Assembly (NCBI GenBank): GCA_013335095.1
Contig: JAAXWF010000004.1
Span: 10,740-74,739 of the forward strand
Length of the DNA stretch: 64,000 nucleotides
Reading direction: 5' to 3'
From: a candidate division WWE3 bacterium
Lineage (GTDB): Bacteria; Patescibacteriota; 4484-211; GCA-002791395
Positions 48,376 to 59,582 of the stretch are shown here, in pieces (within the stretch, counting starts at the first letter, position 1; each line of letters starts with the position of its first letter). Below the pieces are notes generated by a model. That model had not been told where the DNA came from, searched no databases, and saw only the letters and a list, made by a program, of their open reading frames with translations. The translations under genes were made by a program, and so were the position numbers.

Positions 48376-48417
48376 AAATGGCGCCGAAGTATTTCTCCGA
48401 CGCCATATAAATTACAA

Positions 48418-49062
48418 TTAAACGGCAGTTTTTTGAACCGTCGTATAGAGGAAAGAACGATCACGTGGAATGCCCTCGCCAAGGTCCTGAACGGTTTCTT
48501 GACGGTGACTGTCAATTAGCCGAGCGCCACTAAGCGCAAGAAGAAGCTCTAATGCCTCCTCCTCATCCCACACGCTTAATCCGTAGTTACCGCAAAATCC
48601 ACACGGACAATTCACCTGATATGACCCTCGTTCAAGTGGGTAATCCCTTGGACCAAGTGCGTACAACACAAAGTCATCATACGTGGCAAAGGAGACCATC
48701 AGAATACCCCCAGGCAGCAACCCTTGCCAGGCACGAGCAACGAATGAGCGTACACGGTCTTTGGTCAGGTATACCGTCATACCGATGACGATGATTGCGC
48801 TTCCCTCCTCGGGCAGAGGAAACTGGAGAGCATCTTCCGCCAGCAATCTCACATCATGTTTGTACAAAAGGACCTCAAGGGAGGCCTCTTCGAACCATGA
48901 TGGGTGAATATCCAGACCGACGACCCTTCCCGGGAATCGCTCAGCCAGTGGCCATAAGTGTTGGCCTGCACCAAACCCGAAATCAAAAATAGGTCCATCC
49001 GGAATAACCATTGCCAGAACGGCGTTAAGCCCTGGATCGTCTGGGAAAGCTCCCATCCTCAT
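48418..49062 (-). CDS. class I SAM-dependent methyltransferase-like; GC-rich
   Basis: DFGFGAGQHL motif I-like and VVGLDI motif II-like. Confidence 0.5.
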   Translation of the reverse strand: MRMGAFPDDPGLNAVLAMVIPDGPIFDFGFGAGQHLWPLAERFPGRVVGLDIHPSWFEEASLEVLLYKHDVRLLAEDALQFPLPEEGSAIIVIGMTVYLTKDRVRSFVARAWQGLLPGGILMVSFATYDDFVLYALGPRDYPLERGSYQVNCPCGFCGNYGLSVWDEEEALELLLALSGARLIDSHRQETVQDLGEGIPRDRSFLYTTVQKTAV

Positions 49063-49219
49063 AAAAACCTCCTCGATAAGGACTTGTGTGTAAGCTTATT
49101 ATACAAACCGAGACAAGAAGGGCTTCACTAGCTTACACCAAAAGGCGAGATTATGAATGATTATTATCAATGATATTTTCTTGAATTAAGTATTTTCGAG
49201 AAAAGAATACCGGAGACTT

Positions 49220-49567
49220 TTATGAGTCCCCGGCGTCAGTATTAGGAGTAGAATGGACATTCTGACCGCCTAGATTTCCAAGGTCTTCATCAGTAAAAGA
49301 CCTTAAGAATTCTCTGCCCTGAAGATCAATCACGTGTGATTCTTCAATAATATGTGCAATCTGATCGGCCGTGCGGATGCCGATTGCGTAGAATAACGCT
49401 AACCAGTCATTCCGACCGAAGTTTAGATCGCGAGCGGTTGGTGAACGAAGAATATACCCAACCGCAGACTCTAACGAGCGGGTTGAGATAATATCAAGCA
49501 ATACCTGAATCATAGCAACCCGTGGCAAAGCCATACAGACCTCCAAGGTAATTATCCGACCAACCAA
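49220..49567 (-). CDS. hypothetical protein
   Basis: 115-aa ORF. Confidence 0.3.
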   Translation of the reverse strand: MVGRIITLEVCMALPRVAMIQVLLDIISTRSLESAVGYILRSPTARDLNFGRNDWLALFYAIGIRTADQIAHIIEESHVIDLQGREFLRSFTDEDLGNLGGQNVHSTPNTDAGDS

Positions 49568-49656
49568 TTACACATCCATTATACATACCCACATCAAATA
49601 TTTAGGACTATCATTTTACCTTAATGATCACTTTCCTTGTATGAGAAAATAGAGTA

Positions 49657-50064
49657 ATGCACGAAAGTGTAGCAATAGCATTAGTCAACACAGATAAGAT
49701 ACTCCTCCAACACCGTGATAATAATCCTCAAATTTTTTCTCCCAATGTATGGTGCCTACCAAGCGGAAGTGTAGAAGGGACCGAGACACCGCGGGAATGC
49801 GCAATACGAGAATGTTTTGAAGAGACCGGATACAAGCTCAAAAATCCGATATGGTACGCCTGCCACCAGGAGCTGTTTTATGGAAGATGGATCAAGCGAT
49901 TCTTCTTTGTTGAAGAATATGACCATGTACAACCCATCCACTGTTATGAAGGCCAAGAGATGCGGTTTATGCCTGTAAACAAGCTTCCCTCGTTAAACCT
50001 ATACAAAAATGAGGGAAATTTTGTCAAAGCAGCCATAAACGCTTATTATAAATACGATACATGA
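49657..50064 (+). CDS. NUDIX hydrolase
   Basis: Nudix box GSVEGTETPRECAIRECFEETG. Confidence 0.7.
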   Translation: MHESVAIALVNTDKILLQHRDNNPQIFSPNVWCLPSGSVEGTETPRECAIRECFEETGYKLKNPIWYACHQELFYGRWIKRFFFVEEYDHVQPIHCYEGQEMRFMPVNKLPSLNLYKNEGNFVKAAINAYYKYDT

Positions 50065-50396
50065 ATAGATATTTACGAATATTTTTACTTATAATAGTCA
50101 TCGGTTTAGCTGTATCTGGATTAATCCTAGCCAGTCCATTTATTATCGCCACGTTTAATACCAACTACCCATCAAAATTTAAGCAAGCAACATTTGACTC
50201 GATTAAAAATGGTCAAACCCAAGACCAAGTATTCCAATCAATCGGCGCACCTATTCAAACTAACTATAACTTTGGAACAACGTATCTTTTGTATACCACA
50301 CCGAAAAAAAATACCTATTACAATCAGCGACTAGTGGTATTGCAAGGAGGATTAGTTAAAGAGAAGGTCCAAGGAATCCAAGTCCTTAATCAATAA
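50061..50396 (+). CDS. hypothetical protein with N-terminal TM
   Basis: ATGA overlap with the upstream gene. Confidence 0.35.
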   Translation: MNRYLRIFLLIIVIGLAVSGLILASPFIIATFNTNYPSKFKQATFDSIKNGQTQDQVFQSIGAPIQTNYNFGTTYLLYTTPKKNTYYNQRLVVLQGGLVKEKVQGIQVLNQ

Positions 50397-50411
50397 ATTG
50401 AAAAGAATCGA

Positions 50412-51212
50412 TCATTCAATAAAGCTAAATAACACCATTAATCCAATTCCTAACAAAAACGTAATAAGTGAAACGAGAGATTTAGTGACATCCTGCTCTT
50501 CTCGGATTTCAGGAACCAGATCAGAAGCAGCAATATAAATAAAACCGCCAGCAGCAAAAGCCAAAATATACGGAGTAACTGTATTACTTAATTCAGAAAT
50601 AAAATACCCACAAAGTACTCCAGCGACAGCAGTTAATGCGACAAAAAAATTCGCCTTCAGCGCCATGCTTTTTGAATAACCAGATTTAATTAGCACACCG
50701 AAATCCCCTATTTCTTGCGGTATTTCATGAAGAGCCATAGCAATCGAAGTGATAACACCAAGTCGCACATCAACTAAAAAAGTACCGACAACTATTAATC
50801 CATCGATAAAATTGTGAATCGCATCACCAATCAGATTCATTGTTCCAAAAGTATGCTGATCGCAGTCACCATTGTGGCAATGACGCCAATGAAGGATTTT
50901 TTCGATGATAAAAAAGGCCACAAAAGAGATTAAAACCCAATTAAATAATTCTGATCCAGTAAGAGTTTGATTTGCTTCAGGAAGTAGGTGTAAAAAGGCG
51001 CTACCGATCATCGCTCCTGCCGAAAATGCCACGAGGATATGAAGCCATTGATGTAATTTCTCATCACTAACCCAAAACGTCATAATTCCTATTAATGCCC
51101 CTAAGCTAATGATAAAAGATGCAATAATTGCTGCAATCAAGTGTGAATCCATGGACATAGCATAAACGAAACAAGCAAGAGGATGCAATAAATGAAGTCG
51201 CAACGGAAGCAA
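50412..51212 (-). CDS. ZIP-family metal transporter (ZupT-like)
   Basis: HNFIDGL and HEIPQEIGDF motifs. Confidence 0.75.
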   Translation of the reverse strand: MLPLRLHLLHPLACFVYAMSMDSHLIAAIIASFIISLGALIGIMTFWVSDEKLHQWLHILVAFSAGAMIGSAFLHLLPEANQTLTGSELFNWVLISFVAFFIIEKILHWRHCHNGDCDQHTFGTMNLIGDAIHNFIDGLIVVGTFLVDVRLGVITSIAMALHEIPQEIGDFGVLIKSGYSKSMALKANFFVALTAVAGVLCGYFISELSNTVTPYILAFAAGGFIYIAASDLVPEIREEQDVTKSLVSLITFLLGIGLMVLFSFIE

Positions 51213-51213
51213 A

Positions 51214-52896
51214 CTACATTCGCTTCAGCACAGGAATACCAAGCAGGTTCATACTGTTCTTAAGGACAATATTAGTAGCACGAGTCAATGCGACACGTTG
51301 ATCCATGTAGTTTGGGGCATTAATGATTCGATTATTGTTATAAAACGTATTGAATGCTTGGCATACGCTATAAATGTAGTGACAGACTAATGATGGGGCC
51401 AACTTCTCGGTAGCATCAACTACAACATCTTGATATTCAGATAAACGACGAACAAGTCGAAGTTCATCGGTATTAAGTTCGAATAGCATTTGAGGGTTAT
51501 ATTCAAAGTCTGGCAGATTCTGTAATACGCTATTTGTACGGGCATAGGTATACTGAACATAAGGGCCAGTATTACCGTCTAAGTTGAGGATCTCATCCCA
51601 ATCAAACACATACGGCGACGATGGTGTCCGTTTTAGATCATTATATTTCAGTGCACCGACCCCGACCTTGATTGCAGTTCGATGATCCGATGACAGACTA
51701 TCTGCTTTTTCGATAACCTTTTTAAGCACATCGTAAAGTTTAATCGTATTCCCCTTTCGAGTACTCATTTTGCCTTCCTTTGTTGATATAAGGCCATGAG
51801 CAATGTGATGTAATGAGGATTGATCACTATAGCCGAGTAAATGTGCAGCTTCAAAGACTTGTTGTAGATGTAGTTTTTGCTCACTGCCGACCTCATACAC
51901 GTATAAATCCGGATTCCATCGTTCTTTTCGGTACTTTATGGTTGCCAAATCGCGTAAAAAGTACGTTGAAGCACCATCACTTTTGATGAACAGTCCTGGA
52001 GGGGTATTTTCGTTAGAGAAACGGATGATTTTAGCACCCTGACTGTCTTCAACCAGCCCTTTAGCATAGGCATCATCAATCACGCTTTGGAGTTGATCAA
52101 GGTAAAAACTTTCCCCAATCGCAAAATCAATTTTTACCCCTAAAAGACGATATATTTTATCGAATTCCTTTAGTGATATATCAATAAGTTGTTGCCAGAG
52201 CTGGCGTTCAGCCAATTCACCATCTTCAAGTCGCTTAAATGCGTGGCGCGCACTCACAACGAGGGATTCATCGTTTTCCGCTTCTTGATGAAAGCGAACA
52301 TATAGTTTTTCTAGATCATTAAATGACACTGATTCAATCGGCTTCTCGTTCCATTTTTGTAATGCAATAATGAGCTTCCCAAACTGGGTTCCCCAGTCGC
52401 CAAGGTGGTTTACTCCGATTACGGTATACCCTTGAGAGGCTAACAGATTATAAATTGCTTGTCCGATAATCGTACTGCGCAAATGTCCGATGCTAAACCT
52501 TTTAGCAACATTTGGTGCAGAATAATCTACCACAGCTGTTTTGCCCTGATATTTAACCGACGTACCGTATGTACCATTTTCTCGTTCGATATCCATTAAT
52601 AAATCGCGATAAACCGACTGATGAATTGTCAGATTTAGAAACCCTGGTCCGGCGACATCGATCTCTCTAATAACGGTTGAGACATTAGAGTCTGAGAGCA
52701 AGACATCCTTCATTTCGTTGGCGAGTTCGCGCGGATTACGAGCTAACCTTTTACCAGTTACCAAGGCAATATTTGTTGAAAAATCACCAAATTGTTCATC
52801 GGGAATGGTCAACTGAATCGAATTAATTACGTCGGGATAGTGGGTTAAGAGTGATTGTGTTAATAGATTTGAAAGATGGTTTTTTACGCTTTCCAC
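51214..52896 (-). CDS. argS: arginine--tRNA ligase
   Basis: HIGH-region SIGHLRSTIIG, KMSTRKG (KMSK) and a C-terminal DALR-like anticodon-binding region in a 560-aa product. Confidence 0.9.
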   Translation of the reverse strand: MESVKNHLSNLLTQSLLTHYPDVINSIQLTIPDEQFGDFSTNIALVTGKRLARNPRELANEMKDVLLSDSNVSTVIREIDVAGPGFLNLTIHQSVYRDLLMDIERENGTYGTSVKYQGKTAVVDYSAPNVAKRFSIGHLRSTIIGQAIYNLLASQGYTVIGVNHLGDWGTQFGKLIIALQKWNEKPIESVSFNDLEKLYVRFHQEAENDESLVVSARHAFKRLEDGELAERQLWQQLIDISLKEFDKIYRLLGVKIDFAIGESFYLDQLQSVIDDAYAKGLVEDSQGAKIIRFSNENTPPGLFIKSDGASTYFLRDLATIKYRKERWNPDLYVYEVGSEQKLHLQQVFEAAHLLGYSDQSSLHHIAHGLISTKEGKMSTRKGNTIKLYDVLKKVIEKADSLSSDHRTAIKVGVGALKYNDLKRTPSSPYVFDWDEILNLDGNTGPYVQYTYARTNSVLQNLPDFEYNPQMLFELNTDELRLVRRLSEYQDVVVDATEKLAPSLVCHYIYSVCQAFNTFYNNNRIINAPNYMDQRVALTRATNIVLKNSMNLLGIPVLKRM

Positions 52897-52980
52897 AAGG
52901 ATATTCTAACATATTCATATCGTGCTAAATAAAAGAAAGGCCGGCTCCCCCATAAGGGAAGACCGGCCAGTTTCAAGTCA

Positions 52981-53496
52981 TCATCGACGGCCACCGCCGC
53001 GGCTATACAGCCGCCGCATGTTGTTCGCCAGCGCATTTCGATCTTCCCAATAGCGCTGGTTGATCTCACGAGCCGCTTGGGCGGCGGCTTCGTGATTCCG
53101 GCGGGCGAGCTCCAGCTCGGCGGTTAAACCAAGCTCCTGGACCAACTCTTCTGTAGAGAACATCTCGACGTACTGGGGCCATTCAGCCCCAAACTTTTCA
53201 AGAAGTCTCTCACCCCAGAGTTGAGCGAATCCGAGCCATCGGCGATCATAACAGCTGTATACTGTAAAATCGCTGCTGGATCGGCCCGCGTACGTGGCCG
53301 ATGTGCCTCCCCCTGCCTGAGTATGGGTCATGTCGACCTTGTACTCCTTGGGGGCTGTGCAGGCAGCCTCGTACCACGGTTGCCTCGTGGGATCCACGAG
53401 GGCGCAAAAACGCCACTCAATGGGATACCATTCATCTCTAAAGAGCATAAAGCCTCCAAACGGCAACGCCGTATGGCTCCAAACGGGAGCCTCCAT
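52981..53496 (-). CDS. hypothetical protein; GC-rich (~60%) insertion between argS and the P-type ATPase gene
   Basis: Start chosen at MEAPVWS. An ORF on the opposite strand overlaps it, as is typical of high-GC stretches. Confidence 0.4.
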   Translation of the reverse strand: MEAPVWSHTALPFGGFMLFRDEWYPIEWRFCALVDPTRQPWYEAACTAPKEYKVDMTHTQAGGGTSATYAGRSSSDFTVYSCYDRRWLGFAQLWGERLLEKFGAEWPQYVEMFSTEELVQELGLTAELELARRNHEAAAQAAREINQRYWEDRNALANNMRRLYSRGGGRR

Positions 53497-53585
53497 TGAT
53501 TCCACCGATAATGACCTAAGATAAGTATAACAAACCAAAGAACTATGGGTCAAACAAATCCAACTAAACAACGTATACTAAAGGA

Positions 53586-56285
53586 ATGATAATTCATCAT
53601 CCACATACATATTCGATTGATGAACTACTCGAAAAACTAAAGTCTAAAACCGACGGTATTTCTGATGAGAATGCGAAGCAAAGACAAACAACATATGGGA
53701 AAAATGTCCTTCCAGAAAAGCCGCCGCCCTCAGCTCTATTCACTCTCTTAAAACAATTCAATAACTTTTTCGTGTATATTCTATTATTAGCAGCGATTAT
53801 CTCGTATGTTGCATCTGAAAAAGTTGATACTTATGTAATATTAATAATCGTAATAATCAATGCAATTATTGGATTCATACTCGAATTCAGGGCAGAAAAG
53901 TCTATAAAAGCATTGAGCAAACTCACCGTAAGATACGCTAAGGTAATTCGTGAAGGTAATATTATAAAGATTGATGCCCAACATTTAGTTCCCGGAGACG
54001 TCATCCTAATAGAGGCCGGCGATTACGTGCCAGCGGATGCACGATTATTACATACTCAAAATCTTTCGTGTGTGGAAGCCTCTTTAACAGGTGAATCAGC
54101 ACCAATTCTAAAAAATATTGAACAGATGCCTGAAAATACCCCATTAGCCGATCGCAAAAACATGGTTTGGATGGGTACATATATTGTCGCGGGTAGTGGA
54201 AAAGCCGTGATCATTTCAATCGGATCCCAGACTGAATTAGGAAAAATAGCATTAAGCCTTGAATCAATAGAAAAAAACAAAAATCATTTTGAAGAAAAAA
54301 CTGACATGCTGGTAAAACAAATGGGCATAATCGCATTTATCGGCGCAGTAATTACCTTCATCTCTGGCTACTTTATTCAACAAATACCGTTACCAGAAAT
54401 ATCTTTCTTTGCTATAGCAACACTTGTATCTGCAATTCCTGAAGGTCTACCGATAATCATGGTTATAGTACTTGCAATCGGAGCTCATAGAATGTCGAAA
54501 CGGAATGTAATTATTCGAAAGCTCTCCGCGGCAGAAACACTGTGTGTCACAAATGTGATCATGACCGACAAAACGGGTACGTTGACTCAAAACATCATGA
54601 GTGTAGAAGAAATCTACTTGCCGCCAGGCCAAAGCATAACGGTAACGAGCGAAGGGTGGAGCCCAAAAGGGTCATTTTATTATTCAGGGAACCCAATTGA
54701 AACAAATGAATTTCCATTGCTTAACTTATTCATATCAATAGCTGGCAACGTATCTCCAGCCCAGATCAACGAACAAGGGGATGGCCAATTCGAAGTCATA
54801 GGAGATCCCACAGAAGCCGCACTCATTGTATTAGCCCAAAAGGCGAACCATGGGACAAAAGAAAAAGATACAACCTTATCTAAAGTAGACGAGATGCCAT
54901 TCAATCAAGAGTTGAAAGCACGAGCTATGTTGCTCTATGATCGGCAGCAGCAAAAAACGATGCTCTATGTTGCCGGTGCCCCAGAAACAATATTAGAAAG
55001 ATCATCATATGCATATGATGCCTCAAATTGCCCCGTCTCATTAACCGAAAAGAATAAAGAAAGACACTATCAAGTAACCGATGAGATCGCCCAAAAAGCG
55101 ATGAGAACAATAGCTCTGGCTTTTCGGGAGCTACCAAATGATGTGATTACACTGGACGAATCATTGCTTATCGATCTAACATTTATCGGTATTGCTGGGA
55201 TAAAAGATCCAGTCAGGCCTGGGATAAAAGAGTCAATTGAAATGGCGCATCAAGCAGGTATACGGGTTATTATGGCAACGGGAGACCACAAGACGACCGC
55301 CATGGCAATATCGAAAGAGATACAATTAATCGTGGATGACACGAGCAACATAATGACCGGGTCAGAGTTGGAGCGGCTAACTGAAGCCGAATTTTCTTCA
55401 ACAGTTAAAACCACTAATGTATTTGCTCGATTAACTCCCGAAATGAAACTGAGAATTGCCAGAGAATTGCAGATTCAAGGGAATACAATAGCAATGACAG
55501 GAGACGGTGTAAACGATGCACCTGCACTAAAAATGGCCGACATTGGAATTGCCATGGGCTTATCGGGTACAGATGTAGCAAGGGAATCAAGTGAATTAGT
55601 ATTAACAGACGATAACTTTGTATCGATTATCAATGCCGTTGAAGAAGCCCGCATTATTTTTAACAACATCAGACGAACTACATATTTCCTTGTTACGACA
55701 AATATTGCCGAGCTATTCACGGTGATATCGACAATTATTCTTGGTTTACCTCTTCCACTACTTCCGACACAAATACTGTGGCTAAATCTAGTAACGGATG
55801 GGGTTTTAGTTATTGCGTTATCAATGGAGCCCGGCCATTCTCATATTCTAGAAACGAAACCGAATAAACGATCCGAAAATATAATAACAAAAAATGTTAT
55901 TCCGTATATTTTAATTATAGTAACAATTATGGCAGTCAGCACTATTTTAGTGTTCCAAGCGCTCCTGCCTTATGGCATCTCGACGGCTCGAACAGGGGCA
56001 TTCGTAGTGATGAGCATGACTCAGATCTTCAATGTTTTTAATATGCGATCTATGAAACTCTCAGCGATTGCGTTAGGACTATTCAGTAATGCTCCGCTAA
56101 ACTGGGCAGTTGGTGCCTCATTTCTTTTAATATTGTCTGTCCTCTATTTCCCACCATTAATGTCAGCTCTTGAATTTGAATCGATTCAATTACTAACATT
56201 CTTATTACTGGTACTGATAAGCAGTACAGTTTGGATCTCTGTTGAACTTTATAAGTTTATGCAGCGAAAAAGTAAGTTATCTTAA
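53586..56285 (+). CDS. P-type cation-transporting ATPase (type II, Ca2+/Mg2+-like)
   Basis: DKTGTLT, TGES, MTGDGVNDAPAL and 10 TM helices in an 899-aa product. Confidence 0.9.
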   Translation: MIIHHPHTYSIDELLEKLKSKTDGISDENAKQRQTTYGKNVLPEKPPPSALFTLLKQFNNFFVYILLLAAIISYVASEKVDTYVILIIVIINAIIGFILEFRAEKSIKALSKLTVRYAKVIREGNIIKIDAQHLVPGDVILIEAGDYVPADARLLHTQNLSCVEASLTGESAPILKNIEQMPENTPLADRKNMVWMGTYIVAGSGKAVIISIGSQTELGKIALSLESIEKNKNHFEEKTDMLVKQMGIIAFIGAVITFISGYFIQQIPLPEISFFAIATLVSAIPEGLPIIMVIVLAIGAHRMSKRNVIIRKLSAAETLCVTNVIMTDKTGTLTQNIMSVEEIYLPPGQSITVTSEGWSPKGSFYYSGNPIETNEFPLLNLFISIAGNVSPAQINEQGDGQFEVIGDPTEAALIVLAQKANHGTKEKDTTLSKVDEMPFNQELKARAMLLYDRQQQKTMLYVAGAPETILERSSYAYDASNCPVSLTEKNKERHYQVTDEIAQKAMRTIALAFRELPNDVITLDESLLIDLTFIGIAGIKDPVRPGIKESIEMAHQAGIRVIMATGDHKTTAMAISKEIQLIVDDTSNIMTGSELERLTEAEFSSTVKTTNVFARLTPEMKLRIARELQIQGNTIAMTGDGVNDAPALKMADIGIAMGLSGTDVARESSELVLTDDNFVSIINAVEEARIIFNNIRRTTYFLVTTNIAELFTVISTIILGLPLPLLPTQILWLNLVTDGVLVIALSMEPGHSHILETKPNKRSENIITKNVIPYILIIVTIMAVSTILVFQALLPYGISTARTGAFVVMSMTQIFNVFNMRSMKLSAIALGLFSNAPLNWAVGASFLLILSVLYFPPLMSALEFESIQLLTFLLLVLISSTVWISVELYKFMQRKSKLS

Positions 56286-56588
56286 ACGTTGTTTTTCTTT
56301 TTCTGGAATTTGGTTCCAATGGCAGTTATGTACCGCTCCCCACAAGGCATAGTAGGTTAAACGAGTAACATGAGGATATTTCGTTCGTAATTTGTTCCAG
56401 AGATCAACTAACTTAGCATTCTTTAGATGCTGATAGGTTATAATCCCTTCCTGGTTTAACCAGGCAGCCGTAACGGTACTAAGATTCCAGAGATCTTCTA
56501 CCGGAGTATCAGATTGTGGTGGTGTATTTCGTCGTGGCATTAGTGTTGCTCCTCTTTTCTTTTTTGGGCAATAAATTCTGAACCACAA
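56277..56588 (-). CDS. TfoX C-terminal-domain-like protein
   Basis: VEDLWNLSTVTAAWLNQEGIITYQHL...LTYYALWGAVHNCHW. Confidence 0.45.
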   Translation of the reverse strand: MWFRIYCPKKKRGATLMPRRNTPPQSDTPVEDLWNLSTVTAAWLNQEGIITYQHLKNAKLVDLWNKLRTKYPHVTRLTYYALWGAVHNCHWNQIPEKEKQRLR

Positions 56589-56935
56589 CTAATCTTTTTC
56601 GCGAGTGGCGATTTCGGATCAACAACGCGCCAAAAAGGTGTTACTTTGTGGGTTCCATTTGAAATTTCCTCAAGAGCTAATTCAGAAATAATCCGGATGA
56701 AAATACCCGTAGTTAACGGGCAAGTACCATCCGCCTTATGTTTTTGAGCGAGATCAGTTCGTAGTTGTTCAACCGTGATAGTTCTTCCTGATGGGATTGC
56801 TCGAATGTATTGATCAATCTCTGAGGGCGAGGAGATCAGCATTTGGTCCCCAGCATGCATACCGCCATACTGTATTTCAAGTTTTTTTACAATTGGATCT
56901 TTACCGTTATCGTATTTTTCACGCCACGTTTTTCC
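56540..56935 (-). CDS. hypothetical protein
   Basis: Start chosen at MGKTWREKY. Confidence 0.4.
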   Translation of the reverse strand, partial: GKTWREKYDNGKDPIVKKLEIQYGGMHAGDQMLISSPSEIDQYIRAIPSGRTITVEQLRTDLAQKHKADGTCPLTTGIFIRIISELALEEISNGTHKVTPFWRVVDPKSPLAKKISCGSEFIAQKRKEEQH

Positions 56936-57031
56936 CATTGTCGTTAGTCGAAATATACCACGCAACTATTGTTTTAGCGATGAATCATTCGTACGCTCTT
57001 ACGCCATATAAAATATGTGATTAAAAATAAT

Positions 57032-57868
57032 TTAGTGGATAGTTTCGGACTCGAGCACTATATCCTTAAAACACCCTGACTCAATCATATTCTGGGAATC
57101 ATACACGAGGGTATTATTGAAATCGTTCCAATGAGTAAAAAATGATGTTAGCTGATTTATTTCTTCGCTTTTGTTCGAGTCCGCTAATAAAGACGTTGGA
57201 CACAGGTACGAATCATCTGAGTTTGAATTATTTGAACGTTTTTTCACCCAAATCGTTGTACGGCCATATCGACCGCTATCATAGGGTGCGACAGAACCAA
57301 GCATTGTAGTAGCATCCACACCATCACCTACTTTTATTCGAGGTTCAAATAGATGATCAAATCCGACAAAATAGCCTTCCGCTCCAGTGGGAATTATGCG
57401 AACAGAAACATCTGGACCGTTGGAGTAAATCGATTCGACGCTACCTGCAACTGGCGAATAAACATACGTATCAAGCGCGACCCCGTCAAACTCAAGTCCA
57501 GGACTAAACGTGCAGACGCCTTGCTCATCACAAATAGATTCACCAAATGGCGATATCAACATTTCACTGCGATGATTAGATAAGAGTGCATCACGAGTAA
57601 AAGCGATAGACCCAGAGGTTTGCGTTGAACGATCAAAAGGCTCTAGTGAAATATCTCCTAAATGCTGCAATACTGGTAAAGCGCTATTTTCAGATATAGG
57701 GATATCTGATGAGTTAGATTGAGAAGCGTTGTTTGAACGATCTAATCCATTATATTGTCTCAAGTTAATGGCGATAAACATAATAATCCCAATTGATAAT
57801 AGAAGAACAGACCCAACCAATAGATACTTTTTCATTTTTCCAGTCATCATCAACATAGTACTAAGCAT
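57032..57868 (-). CDS. membrane-anchored hypothetical exported protein
   Basis: N-terminal TM (LLVGSVLLLSIGIIMFIAINL). Confidence 0.45.
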   Translation of the reverse strand: MLSTMLMMTGKMKKYLLVGSVLLLSIGIIMFIAINLRQYNGLDRSNNASQSNSSDIPISENSALPVLQHLGDISLEPFDRSTQTSGSIAFTRDALLSNHRSEMLISPFGESICDEQGVCTFSPGLEFDGVALDTYVYSPVAGSVESIYSNGPDVSVRIIPTGAEGYFVGFDHLFEPRIKVGDGVDATTMLGSVAPYDSGRYGRTTIWVKKRSNNSNSDDSYLCPTSLLADSNKSEEINQLTSFFTHWNDFNNTLVYDSQNMIESGCFKDIVLESETIH

Positions 57869-57942
57869 AACGATGCTGATTTAATGATGCAAGTAAGAAT
57901 AGCCCGGATCGTAGTAATCCGGGCTGTTGAGCAGATCTTGTA

Positions 57943-58179
57943 CTAAAGACCTAGCCATTTGACAAAATGAAGAAGGTCGGCGGTACCGCTAATGAAGACA
58001 AGGATGAACATCATCGGCTCGCCGACGACACGCCGAATATCATGAGCAACGACCTTGGCATCCTCGCCCAAAACGCCCAGGTCAGCGACATACACCAACC
58101 AAAAGTTGGTAGTGAACAACACGATAAGGAGCCAATAAATTGGATCCCCATGTCGATCTGATGGCATGGCCACCTCCAT
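57943..58179 (-). CDS. small hypothetical membrane protein; GC-rich
   Basis: 78 aa, 2 TM helices. Confidence 0.3.
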   Translation of the reverse strand: MEVAMPSDRHGDPIYWLLIVLFTTNFWLVYVADLGVLGEDAKVVAHDIRRVVGEPMMFILVFISGTADLLHFVKWLGL

Positions 58180-58183
58180 GGCT

Positions 58184-58456
58184 TTAACGACTAAACCACG
58201 AGATTATGAGGATTATCGCCCCCATTATCAACAAGATCGGCGCAATCCGCATAATAAGATCCCATGCGTCTTTCGCCGCTCTTCGCCCGACGTCGCCGAG
58301 CAGTCCCATATATCCTAACGGGATAAACATGGGCTTAGCGAGAAAGATGAGAAAGAGGATGTAATACACCCTACCAACTCCTGGCAGCTGACGGCTGCTC
58401 CAATACGCGCCAGCTCGAACTTGTTTTAATATATCACACACAAGCCCCAAACTCAA
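58184..58456 (-). CDS. small hypothetical membrane protein; GC-rich
   Basis: 90 aa, 2 TM helices. Confidence 0.3.
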   Translation of the reverse strand: MSLGLVCDILKQVRAGAYWSSRQLPGVGRVYYILFLIFLAKPMFIPLGYMGLLGDVGRRAAKDAWDLIMRIAPILLIMGAIILIISWFSR

Positions 58457-58508
58457 ACACTATAAGCCTAGTATTCGTTTATTTGCAAAGTGAGTAATAA
58501 TCTCTATA

Positions 58509-59339
58509 ATGAATTCGATTACACATATGAGCAGTACATCATTGTTTGAAAAAAATGGCCAATATTTAATGCTTGCGCTTGACCATCGTCAGAGTTTTCA
58601 GAAGATGGTTGAAAAAATATACCAAACAAGCGTAGATACCGATCAACTTATATCAATTAAAAAATCGATAATCGAAGCATCGATACCACACGTATCTGGG
58701 ATGCTAATAGATCCTGATTACGGTATCCCAGCTTATAAAAAAATTGCAGATAATTCGGTGCCTTATTTAGTTTGTATTGAAAAATCTGGCTATGAAGGAC
58801 CAGCAGACAATAGAATCACCACCCTTGAATACGATATCAAAACGCTCCAAAGCTTTAATGCACAAGGAGTAAAACTATTACTCTACGTGAATCCCCACGT
58901 ATCGTCTTTTGAAAACCAAATGGAATTAGCCCGCACGGTACTAGAGCAGTCCCATGAAGCAAATCTTCCGTTGTTTTTAGAGTTAGTTATGTATGGAGCC
59001 GAAAACGATCCGGAAAAAAATGCTCAATTAATGATCGACAGCATCACCAAATTTTTAGAGCACAATATAGTTCCAGATGTCTTTAAGCTTGAGTTTCCAT
59101 ACAATCAGTCCTATGCTCAACAGATAACCGAGATGCTTGGAAAAACCCCGTGGATTCTGTTAACTCGAGGGGTAACTTTTGATGAATTCCACGAGCAACT
59201 CGGCATAACCGCCAAAGCCGGGGTAAAAGGATATCTGGCAGGCCGAGCGGTTTGGCAGGACTGCATATATCCGGATAGAATCGACACTGAAACGATCCAA
59301 TTACGATATAAAAAGCTGGCTGAGGTAATGCAAGGATAA
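58509..59339 (+). CDS. DeoC/LacD-family class I aldolase (tagatose-bisphosphate-aldolase-like)
   Basis: N-terminus ...NGQYLMLALDHRQSF matches the LacD LALDQRGS motif. Confidence 0.55.
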   Translation: MNSITHMSSTSLFEKNGQYLMLALDHRQSFQKMVEKIYQTSVDTDQLISIKKSIIEASIPHVSGMLIDPDYGIPAYKKIADNSVPYLVCIEKSGYEGPADNRITTLEYDIKTLQSFNAQGVKLLLYVNPHVSSFENQMELARTVLEQSHEANLPLFLELVMYGAENDPEKNAQLMIDSITKFLEHNIVPDVFKLEFPYNQSYAQQITEMLGKTPWILLTRGVTFDEFHEQLGITAKAGVKGYLAGRAVWQDCIYPDRIDTETIQLRYKKLAEVMQG

Positions 59340-59582
59340 TTTTATTGATAGTCGTCTATCTGCATAATTGATACGATCTCGCTTAACTCTTAAATCTCAA
59401 GCAAGACAACATATAAAAATGATATTGGAGAGCACTGATTTACAATAGTACTTCTAGTAGCGTTCGTGAAGCTACGTACAGACTATTCCCTAAACATTTT
59501 TTTGGAGTAATCATGGCAACAAAAGGCCGGGACGTTGTGAGAGTTACTTCTCCAACGCCCCGGCCGCAGATTGCCAAGTAAA

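Noticed and set aside
25497-50064. Three NUDIX hydrolase genes (25497, 42026, 49657) forming a functional cluster
   Set aside because: They are dispersed over 25 kb on different strands in unrelated contexts. This is likely ordinary paralogy.
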